Source: Oscillospiraceae bacterium (lineage in GTDB: Bacteria > Bacillota > Clostridia > Oscillospirales > CAG-272). Taken from it: DNA of 64,000 bases. How positions within the stretch are numbered: position 1 is the stretch's first letter; each line of letters starts with the position of its first letter. Location of the stretch: the NCBI GenBank assembly GCA_015063305.1, contig SVUJ01000002.1:67388-131387 (forward strand). The letters run 5' to 3'. The notes under the pieces were generated by a model. The model saw only the letters and a program-made list of their open reading frames with translations, was not told the origin of the DNA and ran no database searches. The position numbers and the translations under genes are program-made. Below, one piece after another: positions 38,401 to 47,160 of this stretch.

Positions 38401-38989
38401 CGGCGCATTTCTTTATAAACTCTATTCCCTCGGGATATGAGGAAACGTGAGAATACAGATTGAGCAGTATGTGAGGAAGCTGAGAGGCGTTCCGTATATT
38501 TACGAAGGACTCGGAAAAGAGAGAAAATCCCTCGGTATCGCTGTCGTAGAAGCGGTTTACCGTGTCGCTCATTATATCAAGCGAGAGCAGCTCGGTCTGG
38601 GCGGTGTCGGCTATCCTGAATGACGGCGGCAGACCCAGAGCAGAAAAATTCTCGCGCAAAAGGTCGAGATAGAAGGAGTCTATCGTGCATATCTTCGCGT
38701 TTCCTATCTTTATGAGCTGTTCGGAGAGATGTCGGTTTGCGGGATTTGCGGCAAGAGCCTTTGTGAGCGCGTCGGATATCCTCTGACGGAGTTCTGCGGC
38801 AGCGGCGCGTGTGAAGGTCACCACCAAAAGCTTTGAGATATCCGCAGGATCATCTTCGTCGAGCAGAGAACGTATTATTCGCTCGGTAAGAGTGGCCGTT
38901 TTTCCCGAGCCCGCGGCGGCGGATATGAGCAGGTCTTTTCCGCGCACATCTATGGCGGCGTTCTGCGCCTCTGTCCACTTTCTTTCCAT
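35423..38989 (-). CDS. addA: ATP-dependent helicase/nuclease subunit A (AddA)
   Basis: 1188 aa. UvrD-type helicase motifs (AAAGSGKT, VDEYQD) and a C-terminal RecB-type nuclease (GVIDLI...LYDYKTD). Confidence 0.95.
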   Translation of the reverse strand: MERKWTEAQNAAIDVRGKDLLISAAAGSGKTATLTERIIRSLLDEDDPADISKLLVVTFTRAAAAELRQRISDALTKALAANPANRHLSEQLIKIGNAKICTIDSFYLDLLRENFSALGLPPSFRIADTAQTELLSLDIMSDTVNRFYDSDTEGFSLFSESFVNIRNASQLPHILLNLYSHVSSYPEGIEFIKKCAEDSRTSAEGDFFESSYGKILCRNTSDNVKYFISALSDAVEAISTDELLSEYYLPSFAYDLTFCRDLLEILSTGGYARSRAHLLSYAPIKLRSLPKGTASELSTSIKDRRTKITNEIRKIGEKSFGLTPDNISKALKQTADITLTLYNLMSEFEKKLGEEKLQRGICDFGDIRRYALRLLVAPDGSPTDSARAISERYSEIYIDEYQDVDRVQDMIFKAISKGNNRFMVGDIKQSIYGFRGAEPHVFASYRTSFPIHGSEAAQSAENEAIFMSNNFRCDENVIRFTNAVCSYLFGICAENIGYTKEDDLVFSKIPPSEDYISPKVEMSIIVPPEDGESLYVSNAENNRAAEARYIVSKIAELMKYEKKADGSPITPSDIAVLFRSKSMKNALKQALDEAGMAYSGAEDDRYFENPDVLLMLSLLNVIDNPHRDIYLAGALRSPIFDFSAEELIDIRGAADISHSLFEALEEYSKLEDDTAHKCRRFISVLSKWRFLTHSLPVDKLIKRIYSSAEFLASGLVVSQNLLLLYEYARHFESGSFRGLYDFIEYINTLIAEGKKFDTASSEGGENAISLMTIHHSKGLEFPVCFLCGTSGEFNREDFKDSLLFEYSAGIAMKLPDGTGFARINTPMREAVASKIITSQLEEEMRVLYVAMTRARERLYITASTSKTPEKLIADAQTARAYSGRYVLMRCKSYLEWILLSLSGVEHTEVYDIEFLPADTVYATVSSGALPESTEPRGEVDEELYARLREKFGFEYPYARHSKLPAKLSVSRLYPDMLDENEDGVSLFENEKKTDVPDILLNVDRQKLSATERGTATHLFMQFCDFERLSRTGVREELSRLIEERFLPASAEEQVFLEELEAFCSSELFSKILGAKQIWREQRFNILLPPSMFSSDEDLIASLGDEMLAVQGVIDLIVMNGDGSLELYDYKTDRLSRAERSSDELLGQKMKTLHSEQLSYYKTAVERLFDKKCDTVAIYSTHAAKTVVL

Positions 38990-39023
38990 ATCTATCCTTT
39001 CTGCCGCACGCTGTGCGGCGCAA

Positions 39024-42000
39024 TTATTTTTCGGTTCTCCTGCATATCGGCTTCATTTGGCAGTAGTCGCAGGGAGAGGAGTTGTGATGTATGAGCGGAG
39101 AGGCGTCAGCCGCGCCGTCCTTCATCTTCTGAGCGATAGAGATTATTATTTCCTCTATCTGAGCTTGTATTTCTGCAAATCTTTCGGAGCTTGTAAGAGA
39201 TTTTCCCGAAAGCATACCCTTTTTATCCTTCTTCACACCCGCGAGAAAATCGGGCGAGAGGTCGCAGTTCATCGAAAGGAGAATATCCTCATCATCAAGA
39301 AGAAGACCGCTTCTGTCAAACGCGCCGCGCGCCTTGGACAGTACCTCGTCGGGGTCGGTGTAATCCTCAAGCTCGACTGTGGGGATATTTGACGAGAGAT
39401 ATACCACTCCCGTACCCACGACCTCGGTTTCGGCATCGGCGCGCAGAACACGCCTTGCATTCGCCGAGCACAGAGAGAAGAGGTATATGAGCATCTGGGT
39501 GTTGAGCCCAAGCTCAAGGTCGTCGATAGAGAAGTTTTTAGTTCCCGTTTTATAATCGACAACACGTACGTATATCTTTCCGTCCTTTCTGAGCAGGTCA
39601 ACACGGTCAACAACGCCGCTAATCGAAACGCTGCTTCCGTCCTTGAGGATAAATTCAAGCGGAGGCACGGCGTGGGGGTTGTCTTTTATAGGAAGCTCGA
39701 AAAACTCGGGACGGAACTCCGAGCGTGAAAATTCCTCTATAATGTTTTTTGCAAGAAGCAAGGAGAGATTTTTAAGTCTTCGGTAGAGGTGGATAAAGCG
39801 TCCGGCGTTTCTCTCGTATTCGGGACAAACGTATTCGATATAGCGCTTTACCGTGTCCTCTGCCAGATCGCTCAGCTTTTCGTCGGTAAGGTCGGGCAGA
39901 ACGCCGTTCGCGTCCACCACCGCGCGTATCAGATTTTCAAGTATAAAGTGGATAAAGTTTCCCACCTCAAGCGAACGGAACGCCGCCTTCTCCTCGTTTC
40001 TGAGCTTCAGAATATCCGAGCAGTAATAGCAAAAGCCGCATCTGACGTATCTCTCAAGTTTGGATTGGCTCAGGCGCATTTTCCGGGGAAATACGTCCTT
40101 CAGTTTTTCGGGGGATATCTTGCACTCGGATATAGATATATCGGGTCTTGAAAGCTCCTTAACATAGGACAGCTCTTCTCTCTCCGAGAGCGAGCGGCGG
40201 AGCGTGTCGGTGTCGGGGGTCGAGAAGATATAGTCAGCCGAGCCCTCGGCAGAGCCCACGATATAGCGCATATCCGATGCGATAAAGCGATGCTCCTTAA
40301 CGTTTGGAAGCAGCTTTTTAGCGCGTTCAAAGGGGAGAGAAGGGAGCTTTGAGCGTCCGCCCACCTCTGTGCGCGGGGTGAGGAGTATAAGCTTTTCCGA
40401 GGGCAGGGCAAAGGTCTTTGATACGAACATAAGCTCGTCTGAGGATTTTGTGTCGGCATCGCCCGAAAGCTCGATGCCAAGTCCCTTCAGAAGCGTGCGC
40501 TCGGGGGAGTTGAGTATGCCCGTGTCGGAAATATTTTTGGGGAATTCTCCCTCGCAAAGACCGAGCGCGAGAACGCACCTCGGGTTGTTCGCGCGTATCA
40601 TTGAAGCCGAGCCTATCACCACCTCGTCAACAGACGTGGGGATAGTTCCTATCTCGGTCATATCAAATACGAGCTTGAGCGCCTTCGCAAACTCGTCGGT
40701 GCTCATGCTTACCTCGGGCAGAGTACGCGCTATAAGCGCCAAAGCATCAAGAATAACGCGGTAAAGAGCCGCGTATTCTTCCGCTTCCTTTACGTTTCCT
40801 TCCTCGGCACAGTTTTGGGATATTTTATTAAGTGCCTCTTCGATATTGCAGTCAACGAGGTAATCGTATACCGCGCGGCACATCTCGGGCACGTATTCCG
40901 CCGCCTCAAGCCTTGCAAAAAGAGGGATAAGCCTTTGCTGAAGCTCGGCTCGGAGGGCGTTTGCGGCGTTGAGTATACGCTTTCCGCGCTCACTTATATC
41001 CCCCGCGTAGCCGTCGGGGTTCATAGTCCAATATTCTTCCAAGAAGCGCTTACCCTTGATATTCCAGGTCTTCACATAGCTCTCAAACATATCGGTATCG
41101 GTCTCGGGTATCGGATAAAGCGCGGTCTTCACGTGCGATATAACGTCTGCGCTCTGCCAGCCTCGGCTCTTTATTTTGAGTGCGCTCAGAATGAATTTTA
41201 CAGCAGACTTGGAGCACAGGTCGCTCTTCTCCGAAAAGAAGAAGGGGATACCGTTTTTTGCAAATGCGGGTTCGATTATACCTCGGTAAGCTTCGGCATC
41301 CCGCATAATCACCACTATGTCGCGGCAACGAACACCACGGCGCATAAGCTCAAGGGTGTGTCTTGCCGCCGCCTCTGCCTCGGCATAGGCGTCATCGCAG
41401 ACCTCAAGTATAACAGAGCCGTCGTCGGGGGTGTTAAGAGAAGTGCCCTCGGTGTTCTTCAAATTCCAGATGTTGCTCGAAAGGTGAGCCAGTGCGGCAG
41501 AGCCTGCGCGGTGGTTTTCGGTCAATATTATGGGGGTAGCTCCGCCGCGCTTTTCGGCATTCTTGATGAGCTTTCGCTCGGAGAGCGAGATACTTGCCGT
41601 GTCTATCGCCTCATATCCGGGCGAGGGCAGGGGAATGCAGACAGTCGTATTAGCCGCGCCCTCAAAAATTCTGTCTATCACCGCGTGCTCGGCTGAGGTG
41701 AATGAGGTGAAGGAATCTATGTATACGTTACAGCCGCGGAAGAAATCCTGCTTTTTAAGTATATCGCAGAGCTTTGATATGTCGTCTGCCGAGTCGCTGA
41801 AGCGCTCGGACACCGCGGCGTTGTAGGCTGAATATATGAGAGAGATATCTCTGAGCTTTGCTGAAAACGTCTTATCCGACTCTATCTTTTCGGCGGCGCG
41901 CTCAAGCGAGAGCGGGGATATCATATTTGCCTTGAATTCACCTACTGCCGAGAGCATAACGTCGGTAAGAGAGGGGTCGTTTGCCGAGAGCTCTGAGTAG

Positions 42001-42314
42001 TGCTCAAGCATAGGAGATAGCTCACGCAGATTTTGCCACATAAGCAGATGCTTTGCGGGCTTTGTTATATAGTCGTATTGCAGACCGCCGTATTCACGGC
42101 AAACTCGGTTATAAAGACGTGAGAAGTTGAGTATCTCAAGGTTGAGCTGTGCGGACGTAGGGAGGGCACAGAGCATCTCGCGCTCACTTGACACAGCCTG
42201 CTGCTCGGGAACGATAAGAAAGGAGTGGATACCGCGTGCGGCATCCTCTTTGAGCATATTTATAACAGTATGGGTCTTTCCGTATCCCGAAGCGCCGTAT
42301 ATAAATCGTATCAT
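39024..42314 (-). CDS. addB: ATP-dependent helicase/deoxyribonuclease subunit B (AddB)
   Basis: 1096 aa. N-terminal GASGYGKT P-loop, C-terminal nuclease (VVDYKTG) and Fe-S cysteines (CGFCYYC ... CDYCQMKPIC). Immediately upstream of addA. Confidence 0.94.
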   Translation of the reverse strand: MIRFIYGASGYGKTHTVINMLKEDAARGIHSFLIVPEQQAVSSEREMLCALPTSAQLNLEILNFSRLYNRVCREYGGLQYDYITKPAKHLLMWQNLRELSPMLEHYSELSANDPSLTDVMLSAVGEFKANMISPLSLERAAEKIESDKTFSAKLRDISLIYSAYNAAVSERFSDSADDISKLCDILKKQDFFRGCNVYIDSFTSFTSAEHAVIDRIFEGAANTTVCIPLPSPGYEAIDTASISLSERKLIKNAEKRGGATPIILTENHRAGSAALAHLSSNIWNLKNTEGTSLNTPDDGSVILEVCDDAYAEAEAAARHTLELMRRGVRCRDIVVIMRDAEAYRGIIEPAFAKNGIPFFFSEKSDLCSKSAVKFILSALKIKSRGWQSADVISHVKTALYPIPETDTDMFESYVKTWNIKGKRFLEEYWTMNPDGYAGDISERGKRILNAANALRAELQQRLIPLFARLEAAEYVPEMCRAVYDYLVDCNIEEALNKISQNCAEEGNVKEAEEYAALYRVILDALALIARTLPEVSMSTDEFAKALKLVFDMTEIGTIPTSVDEVVIGSASMIRANNPRCVLALGLCEGEFPKNISDTGILNSPERTLLKGLGIELSGDADTKSSDELMFVSKTFALPSEKLILLTPRTEVGGRSKLPSLPFERAKKLLPNVKEHRFIASDMRYIVGSAEGSADYIFSTPDTDTLRRSLSEREELSYVKELSRPDISISECKISPEKLKDVFPRKMRLSQSKLERYVRCGFCYYCSDILKLRNEEKAAFRSLEVGNFIHFILENLIRAVVDANGVLPDLTDEKLSDLAEDTVKRYIEYVCPEYERNAGRFIHLYRRLKNLSLLLAKNIIEEFSRSEFRPEFFELPIKDNPHAVPPLEFILKDGSSVSISGVVDRVDLLRKDGKIYVRVVDYKTGTKNFSIDDLELGLNTQMLIYLFSLCSANARRVLRADAETEVVGTGVVYLSSNIPTVELEDYTDPDEVLSKARGAFDRSGLLLDDEDILLSMNCDLSPDFLAGVKKDKKGMLSGKSLTSSERFAEIQAQIEEIIISIAQKMKDGAADASPLIHHNSSPCDYCQMKPICRRTEK

Positions 42315-42479
42315 AGCCTCTCCCCCTAAAATCAGTACTACACTAATTATAACAAATACTTATAAAAAAAACAACACTTTTATATACACAATAAAAAGAT
42401 ATGGAAATTTAAAAATAGTGTAGAAATATTTGAGGGGATAGGTTATAATTAAGAGAGAAAGTGTTGCGGAGGACTTGAA

Positions 42480-42671
42480 ATGATACTTAAAACGGTGAGG
42501 ATAGCCAAAAAAGCAAGTAAAAAGTGCAAAAAGTCATTTAAGAGTAAATCAAAGGTTATGAAAAAGAAGCTCGGACAGATAGAGAAAAAGGGAAAGATAA
42601 TAGCCAAAAAGGTAAGGACGGTAGAAAAGAAAAAGGACGAGTGTGTGGAACGCCTCTCCGACATCGTGTGA
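42480..42671 (+). CDS. Small (63 aa) extremely Lys-rich hypothetical protein
   Basis: ATG preceded by GGAGG at 6-nt spacing. Upstream TATAAT at 42443-42448. About 24 of 63 residues are Lys (hand count). No family recognised. Confidence 0.5.
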   Translation: MILKTVRIAKKASKKCKKSFKSKSKVMKKKLGQIEKKGKIIAKKVRTVEKKKDECVERLSDIV

Positions 42672-42703
42672 AATTATAAAATTTTAGTCTTTTTGTAAAA
42701 CAC

Positions 42704-42731
42704 TTGAAAATGACGAAAAAAGGTGTATAAT
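42704..42731 (+). promoter_or_regulatory. Sigma-A-type promoter for the methyltransferase/GT2 genes
   Basis: TTGAAA (42704-42709), 16-nt spacer, TATAAT (42726-42731). Near-identical to the cdaA promoter at 47132-47160. Confidence 0.55.
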
Positions 42732-42760
42732 AGAAATAGTTTGTTTTTGAGGGGTGGACT

Positions 42761-43609
42761 ATGGCGCAACGGATAGACAATAGAATACTTGATGCGCTGG
42801 TCTGCCCGTGCTGCGGCGCGCCTCTCGGTTGCTCGGATAACGGCAAGAGTCTGCTCTGCTCAGCACCGAGGCGGCATTGCTTTGACTTTTCGGCTGACGG
42901 GTATGTCAATCTTGCCACCGCCCATCACGGCGGCGGGGATTCAAAGCAGGCGGTTCGTTCGCGCACCGAGTTTTTGGAGTCGGGAGCGTACGAGCCTGTG
43001 TCCGATGCCGTGAATAAGATCCTTTGCGACTTTCTTCTGGGCGGCGGTCTTGTTGTAGACGCGGGTTGCGGAGAGGGCTATTATTCCTGCCGCGCGGCAG
43101 AGAATAGCTTTGACGTTATCGGATTTGACCTCTCTAAGGACGGGGTTGCACAGGCGGCTAAAAGAGCGAGGCGAAAGGGGTTATCAAATACCTTTTTCGG
43201 AGTAGGAAGTGTGTACGCTATGCCGCTTCGGGACAAGAGCGCCGATGCTGTTATCAATATTTTCGCGCCGTGTGCCGAGGAAGAATATTGCCGTTTGCTT
43301 AAAGATGGCGGAATACTTGCCGTGGCGTACGCGGGGCGTGAGCATCTTATGGGGCTCAAGCGGCAGATATATGATACAGTTTATGAGAACGAGGAGCGCG
43401 CCGATATGCCGCGCTCTATGAAGCTCGTAGAAGAGAGAAGAGTGCGCTTTGACCTCACTCTTCGGGGCTCGGCGCAGATAATGGCGCTCTTTTCTATGAC
43501 ACCCTACTATTGGAGAACCTCGCCTGAGGATAAAAACAAGCTCCTCGGAGTTGAGGAGCTGACCACAGAGGTCGATATAATTATTGCGATATATAAAAAG
43601 GAGATCTGA
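42761..43609 (+). CDS. RlmA-like 23S rRNA (guanine-N1)-methyltransferase
   Basis: N-terminal Zn-ribbon (CPCCGAPL...C....HCFDFSADGYVNL) followed by the SAM-binding VVDAGCGEGYY. This is the RlmA(I/II) architecture. Confidence 0.8.
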   Translation: MAQRIDNRILDALVCPCCGAPLGCSDNGKSLLCSAPRRHCFDFSADGYVNLATAHHGGGDSKQAVRSRTEFLESGAYEPVSDAVNKILCDFLLGGGLVVDAGCGEGYYSCRAAENSFDVIGFDLSKDGVAQAAKRARRKGLSNTFFGVGSVYAMPLRDKSADAVINIFAPCAEEEYCRLLKDGGILAVAYAGREHLMGLKRQIYDTVYENEERADMPRSMKLVEERRVRFDLTLRGSAQIMALFSMTPYYWRTSPEDKNKLLGVEELTTEVDIIIAIYKKEI

Positions 43610-43613
43610 AGCT

Positions 43614-44333
43614 ATGAAGATATCTCTCGTTATTCCTATGTACAATGAGAGCAGTATAATAAAGGATACGGCTCTTTGCGTGGACAAGTATATGAGCGAG
43701 AATTTTGAGGATTATGAGGTCATATTCTTTGACGACGGCTCTAAGGACGACAGCGCCGATATAGTGAATTCGCTCGGACTTAAGAATATAAAGGTCAGCG
43801 GATACGGCGGAAACCGCGGAAAGGGCGCGGCGGTAAGACACGGAATACTCGAGGCAGAGGGCGACGTTATAATGTTCACCGATGCAGACCTCGCGTACGG
43901 CACGGACGTTATAAAGAGAGTATATGACATTTTTGAGGGCAATCCCGACACACAGATAGTCACGGGCTCGAGAAACCTCAACAAGGACGGATACGAGGGC
44001 TATACGCTTCTCCGCAAGATAATGTCCAAGGTCTACATAAAGGTGCTCTGCCTTGTGGGCGGATTTAAGCTTTCCGACTCGCAGTGCGGCTGCAAGGCGT
44101 TTTCAAACAAGGCGGCAAAGGATATATTCTCCAGATGCGAGGTCAACGGATTTGCGTTTGACTTTGAGGCTATAATGTGGGCGGATATTCTTGGCTACAA
44201 GATAACCGAGATGCCCGTTAAGATAATAAACCACAGAGAGTCGAAGGTCAACGTGATAAAGGATACCTTCCGTATGCTCCGTGACCTCAGACGAATCAAA
44301 AAGAACGTGAAGGCTAAGGCAAAAAAGAAGTAA
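43614..44333 (+). CDS. Family 2 glycosyltransferase (dolichyl-phosphate glucosyltransferase-like)
   Basis: MKISLVIPMYNE start, DDGSKD and TDADL motifs. RBS aaggag. Confidence 0.88.
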   Translation: MKISLVIPMYNESSIIKDTALCVDKYMSENFEDYEVIFFDDGSKDDSADIVNSLGLKNIKVSGYGGNRGKGAAVRHGILEAEGDVIMFTDADLAYGTDVIKRVYDIFEGNPDTQIVTGSRNLNKDGYEGYTLLRKIMSKVYIKVLCLVGGFKLSDSQCGCKAFSNKAAKDIFSRCEVNGFAFDFEAIMWADILGYKITEMPVKIINHRESKVNVIKDTFRMLRDLRRIKKNVKAKAKKK

Positions 44334-44390
44334 ATAAAAAAGACAGTTTGATTTTCTCGGTTGTTTCTTAACGTAGAAAACACAGTAACA

Positions 44391-44434
44391 AAAATTCCCA
44401 CATACCAATGAAACGGTTTGTGGGAATTTTGTTT
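44391..44434 (+). terminator. Intrinsic terminator after the GT2 gene
   Basis: aaaattcccaca / tgtgggaatttt 12-bp stem, 16-nt loop, T-rich tail. Confidence 0.7.
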
Positions 44435-44457
44435 ATATAGGCAGAAGAAAGAGCACA

Positions 44458-44592
44458 GGAAGGCTCCCTCCGGGAGGGAGCTGTCGCAAAGCGACTGAGG
44501 GAGAGTGCGGTATAATGAAGTTAGCAAAAGTGTAAAGTTACGCGGGCTCCTTCCACCGCTATGCGGTCCCCCTTCCTCCCGGAGGAAGGCTT
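44458..44592. repeat. Composite palindromic intergenic element (four palindromes in an A-B...C-D arrangement), REPIN/MITE-like
   Basis: A is gctccctcc-g-ggagggagc (44463-81). B is gtcgc-aaa-gcgac (44483-95). C is accgc-tat-gcggt (44555-67). D is ccttcctcc-c-ggaggaagg (44571-89). A resembles D and B resembles C, so the whole is an imperfect roughly 42-nt inverted repeat around a roughly 45-nt core. Confidence 0.6.
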
Positions 44593-44603
44593 ATATAAAA
44601 ATA

Positions 44604-45392
44604 TTATTTTCTCTTCCAAAGCTTTTGCTGTGTCATCCATATCCTCATTACGATAGATGCGGGTAAAACCTTGACCGCAAGGAGCTGAAGCTTTGTCATC
44701 GTTCCGAAGAGCGAAACGCCTTTTCCTTTTTTGTAGTCGCCAAGCGCCCTTTTTACTATCTGCTTTGGGTCGTACATAGCAACGTATTTTTTAACAACGG
44801 GGTCGGCTTCGTTGTTTACAGCTCTGTCGAAAAATTCGGTCTTTGTCCAGAAAGGACATACCGCCATAACGCGGATACCCCTCTGCCGCGCTTCCATAGA
44901 AAGCGCCCTTGTGAAGTTGAGCACAAAGGATTTTGTAGCGCCGTATACGTTGATGTAGGGTATAGGCTGGTATGCCGCCACAGACGCGATATTTATTATT
45001 CCGCCGCCCTTTCTCATATGCTCAAGAGAGAGCATATCCATAGCCACCGTGCCCTTTACGTTGAGGTCTATCATATTCATACTCGCGTCATAGCCCACCT
45101 TTTCGGTAGACTCGAATTTTCCGTAGCCCGAGCAGTTTACGAGCAGGGATATGTTCGGCTTTTCCTCGTCAAGCAGAGCCTTGTAGGTGTCGTATGCTTC
45201 ATCCTTCGAGAGGTCAAGCGATATAGCTCTTACGGGAATGTCACACATCTCGGCAAGTGCGTCAAGGCGCTCCTTGCTTCTCGCTATTACCCAAAACTCG
45301 TCAAACCCGAAGTCCTTGTCGCGCACAAGAGATTTGAAAAATTCCTTTCCTATTCCGCTTGACGCGCCTGTTATCACACAAATGTTTTTCAT
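44604..45392 (-). CDS. Short-chain dehydrogenase/reductase (SDR) family oxidoreductase
   Basis: ITGASSGIGKEF cofactor motif and the YGATKSF catalytic YxxxK. Confidence 0.9.
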   Translation of the reverse strand: MKNICVITGASSGIGKEFFKSLVRDKDFGFDEFWVIARSKERLDALAEMCDIPVRAISLDLSKDEAYDTYKALLDEEKPNISLLVNCSGYGKFESTEKVGYDASMNMIDLNVKGTVAMDMLSLEHMRKGGGIINIASVAAYQPIPYINVYGATKSFVLNFTRALSMEARQRGIRVMAVCPFWTKTEFFDRAVNNEADPVVKKYVAMYDPKQIVKRALGDYKKGKGVSLFGTMTKLQLLAVKVLPASIVMRIWMTQQKLWKRK

Positions 45393-45436
45393 GGTATCTC
45401 CTCTTAGGTCGTTTTTTGATGAATAGAGTATTGACT

Positions 45437-45474
45437 AAAAACAGCCTTTCGGTCGGGAAAGGCTGTTTTGTTGT
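45437..45474 (-). terminator. Intrinsic terminator after the Na+/solute symporter gene
   Basis: aaaacagccttt / aaaggctgtttt 12-bp stem with A/T runs on both sides. Confidence 0.75.
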
Positions 45475-45481
45475 CTTTATA

Positions 45482-47008
45482 TTATTTGTCGTTCTTTACT
45501 TCGTTGAACTCGTCGATTATCTCCTGCTCGGGTGCCTTTGTGAGAAGGCTGACTATCACTATAGCAAGAGAGCTGATGATGAATGCGGGGAGAAGCTCGT
45601 AGATGTTAAGGAAGTCGAGACCGTTCTTTACTCCGAATGGAGCAACTACGAATTTCCAAAGGAGCACCGAAGCACCGCCCGCGAGGATACCCGCAAACGC
45701 GCCGAACTTGTTTGTGCGCTTCCAGAAGAGAGCAAAGAGGACGATAGGACCGAACGCCGCTCCGAATCCTGCCCACGCGAAGGAAACTATCTCAAATACC
45801 GAGCTGTTGGGATTCCAAGCGAAGACAACGCCGAGCACGGAAACTACAGCAACCGTGATACGCGCAACGTTTATAGATGCCTTCTGTGACATATTCTTGA
45901 AGAAGAAGCGCTTGATTATGTTTTCCGAGGCGCTCGAGGATGCCGCAAGCATCTGAGAGTCTGCGGTGGACATTATCGAAGCGAGTATTCCCGAGATGAT
46001 AAGTCCCGCAACGATAGCGGTGAACCAGCTGTTCTGAGCGAAGAGCTTAGCTATCTCTATGATTATTCTTTCGGGGTCGGTAAGCGTAAGGACACCGTTA
46101 TTTACAAGAACATAACCTACAACACCTATGAAGATCGCGATAGCCATAGATACGAAGACCCAAACTGTAGCGATACGTCTGGACTGCTTGAGCTTGTTCT
46201 TGTCGTCGATAGCCATAAATCGCAGAAGGATATGGGGCATACCGAAGTATCCAAGACCCCAGGCGAGGGTAGAAACGATAGCGAGGAATCCGAAGTTTGT
46301 AGCACCCGAGGGCGAGTAGGCTGACGTAAGGCTTATGTATCCCGGAAGCTCTCCGACGATATTTCCAACGTTTGCGATGCCGCCCGCATTAGAAAGACCG
46401 AAGACTACAACTACCACCAAAGACATAGTCATAATGATACTCTGTATAAGGTCGGTGGTACTTGCCGCCAAAAATCCGCCGATAATGGTGTATGCCGCTA
46501 TAATAATAGCTCCAAGTATCATAGCAAGGTGATAATCCATACCGAAAAGGCTGTTCATAAGCTTACCGATAGCGGCAAAACCCGATCCTGTATAGGGAAC
46601 GAAGAACATTATTATGATTATAGCCGCGATAGCAACCAGAAGTCCGCTCTTGTCCCTAAATCTGTTGGCAAAGAAGTCGGGAATTGTTGAAGAGCTTGTT
46701 TTTTCAGAGTAAACGCGAAGTCGTTTGGCAACTATGAGCCAGTTTACGTAAGTACCGAGGAAAAGGCCGAGCGCCGTCCAGAAGACCTCTGCGATACCTG
46801 CCGCAAGCGCAAGACCGGGCAGACCCATAAGAAGCCAGCTCGACATATCCGAAGCCTCGGCGCTCATCGCGGTCACCCAAGGACCGAGCTTTCTGGCACC
46901 GAGATAGAAGTCATCGGACGAACCGTTCTTCTTTGAGAACAGAACTCCAATATAAACCATAGCAACCATATATACGGCTATGGCAAGCAGTATCCAAAAA
47001 TTAGTCAT
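45482..47008 (-). CDS. Sodium:solute symporter family protein, PutP-like Na+/proline symporter
   Basis: MTNFWILLAIAVYMVAMVYIG...FYLGARKLGPWVTAMSAEASDMSSWLLMGLPG is typical of SSS/PutP. RBS ggagg before the 47008 ATG. The 60-aa track extension is rejected. Confidence 0.88.
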   Translation of the reverse strand: MTNFWILLAIAVYMVAMVYIGVLFSKKNGSSDDFYLGARKLGPWVTAMSAEASDMSSWLLMGLPGLALAAGIAEVFWTALGLFLGTYVNWLIVAKRLRVYSEKTSSSTIPDFFANRFRDKSGLLVAIAAIIIIMFFVPYTGSGFAAIGKLMNSLFGMDYHLAMILGAIIIAAYTIIGGFLAASTTDLIQSIIMTMSLVVVVVFGLSNAGGIANVGNIVGELPGYISLTSAYSPSGATNFGFLAIVSTLAWGLGYFGMPHILLRFMAIDDKNKLKQSRRIATVWVFVSMAIAIFIGVVGYVLVNNGVLTLTDPERIIIEIAKLFAQNSWFTAIVAGLIISGILASIMSTADSQMLAASSSASENIIKRFFFKNMSQKASINVARITVAVVSVLGVVFAWNPNSSVFEIVSFAWAGFGAAFGPIVLFALFWKRTNKFGAFAGILAGGASVLLWKFVVAPFGVKNGLDFLNIYELLPAFIISSLAIVIVSLLTKAPEQEIIDEFNEVKNDK

Positions 47009-47048
47009 AATACCTCCACAAAGATGAATTAGATAATATTTAAACATT

Positions 47049-47077
47049 ATTATACCACACTTTGGGAAGTATTTCAA
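47049..47077 (-). promoter_or_regulatory. Sigma-A-type promoter (extended -10) for the symporter gene
   Basis: On the minus strand: TTGAAA (47077-47072), 17-nt spacer, TGgTATAAT (-10 at 47054-47049). Confidence 0.6.
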
Positions 47078-47131
47078 GGAATACGTTAAAAATTTTCGTA
47101 AAAATAAATTTAAGGTATTGAGTAAAAAAAC

Positions 47132-47160
47132 TTGAAAATGAAGAAAAGGTGTGTTATAAT
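47132..47160 (+). promoter_or_regulatory. Sigma-A-type promoter for cdaA-cdaR
   Basis: TTGAAA (47132-47137), 17-nt spacer, TATAAT (47155-47160). Confidence 0.6.
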
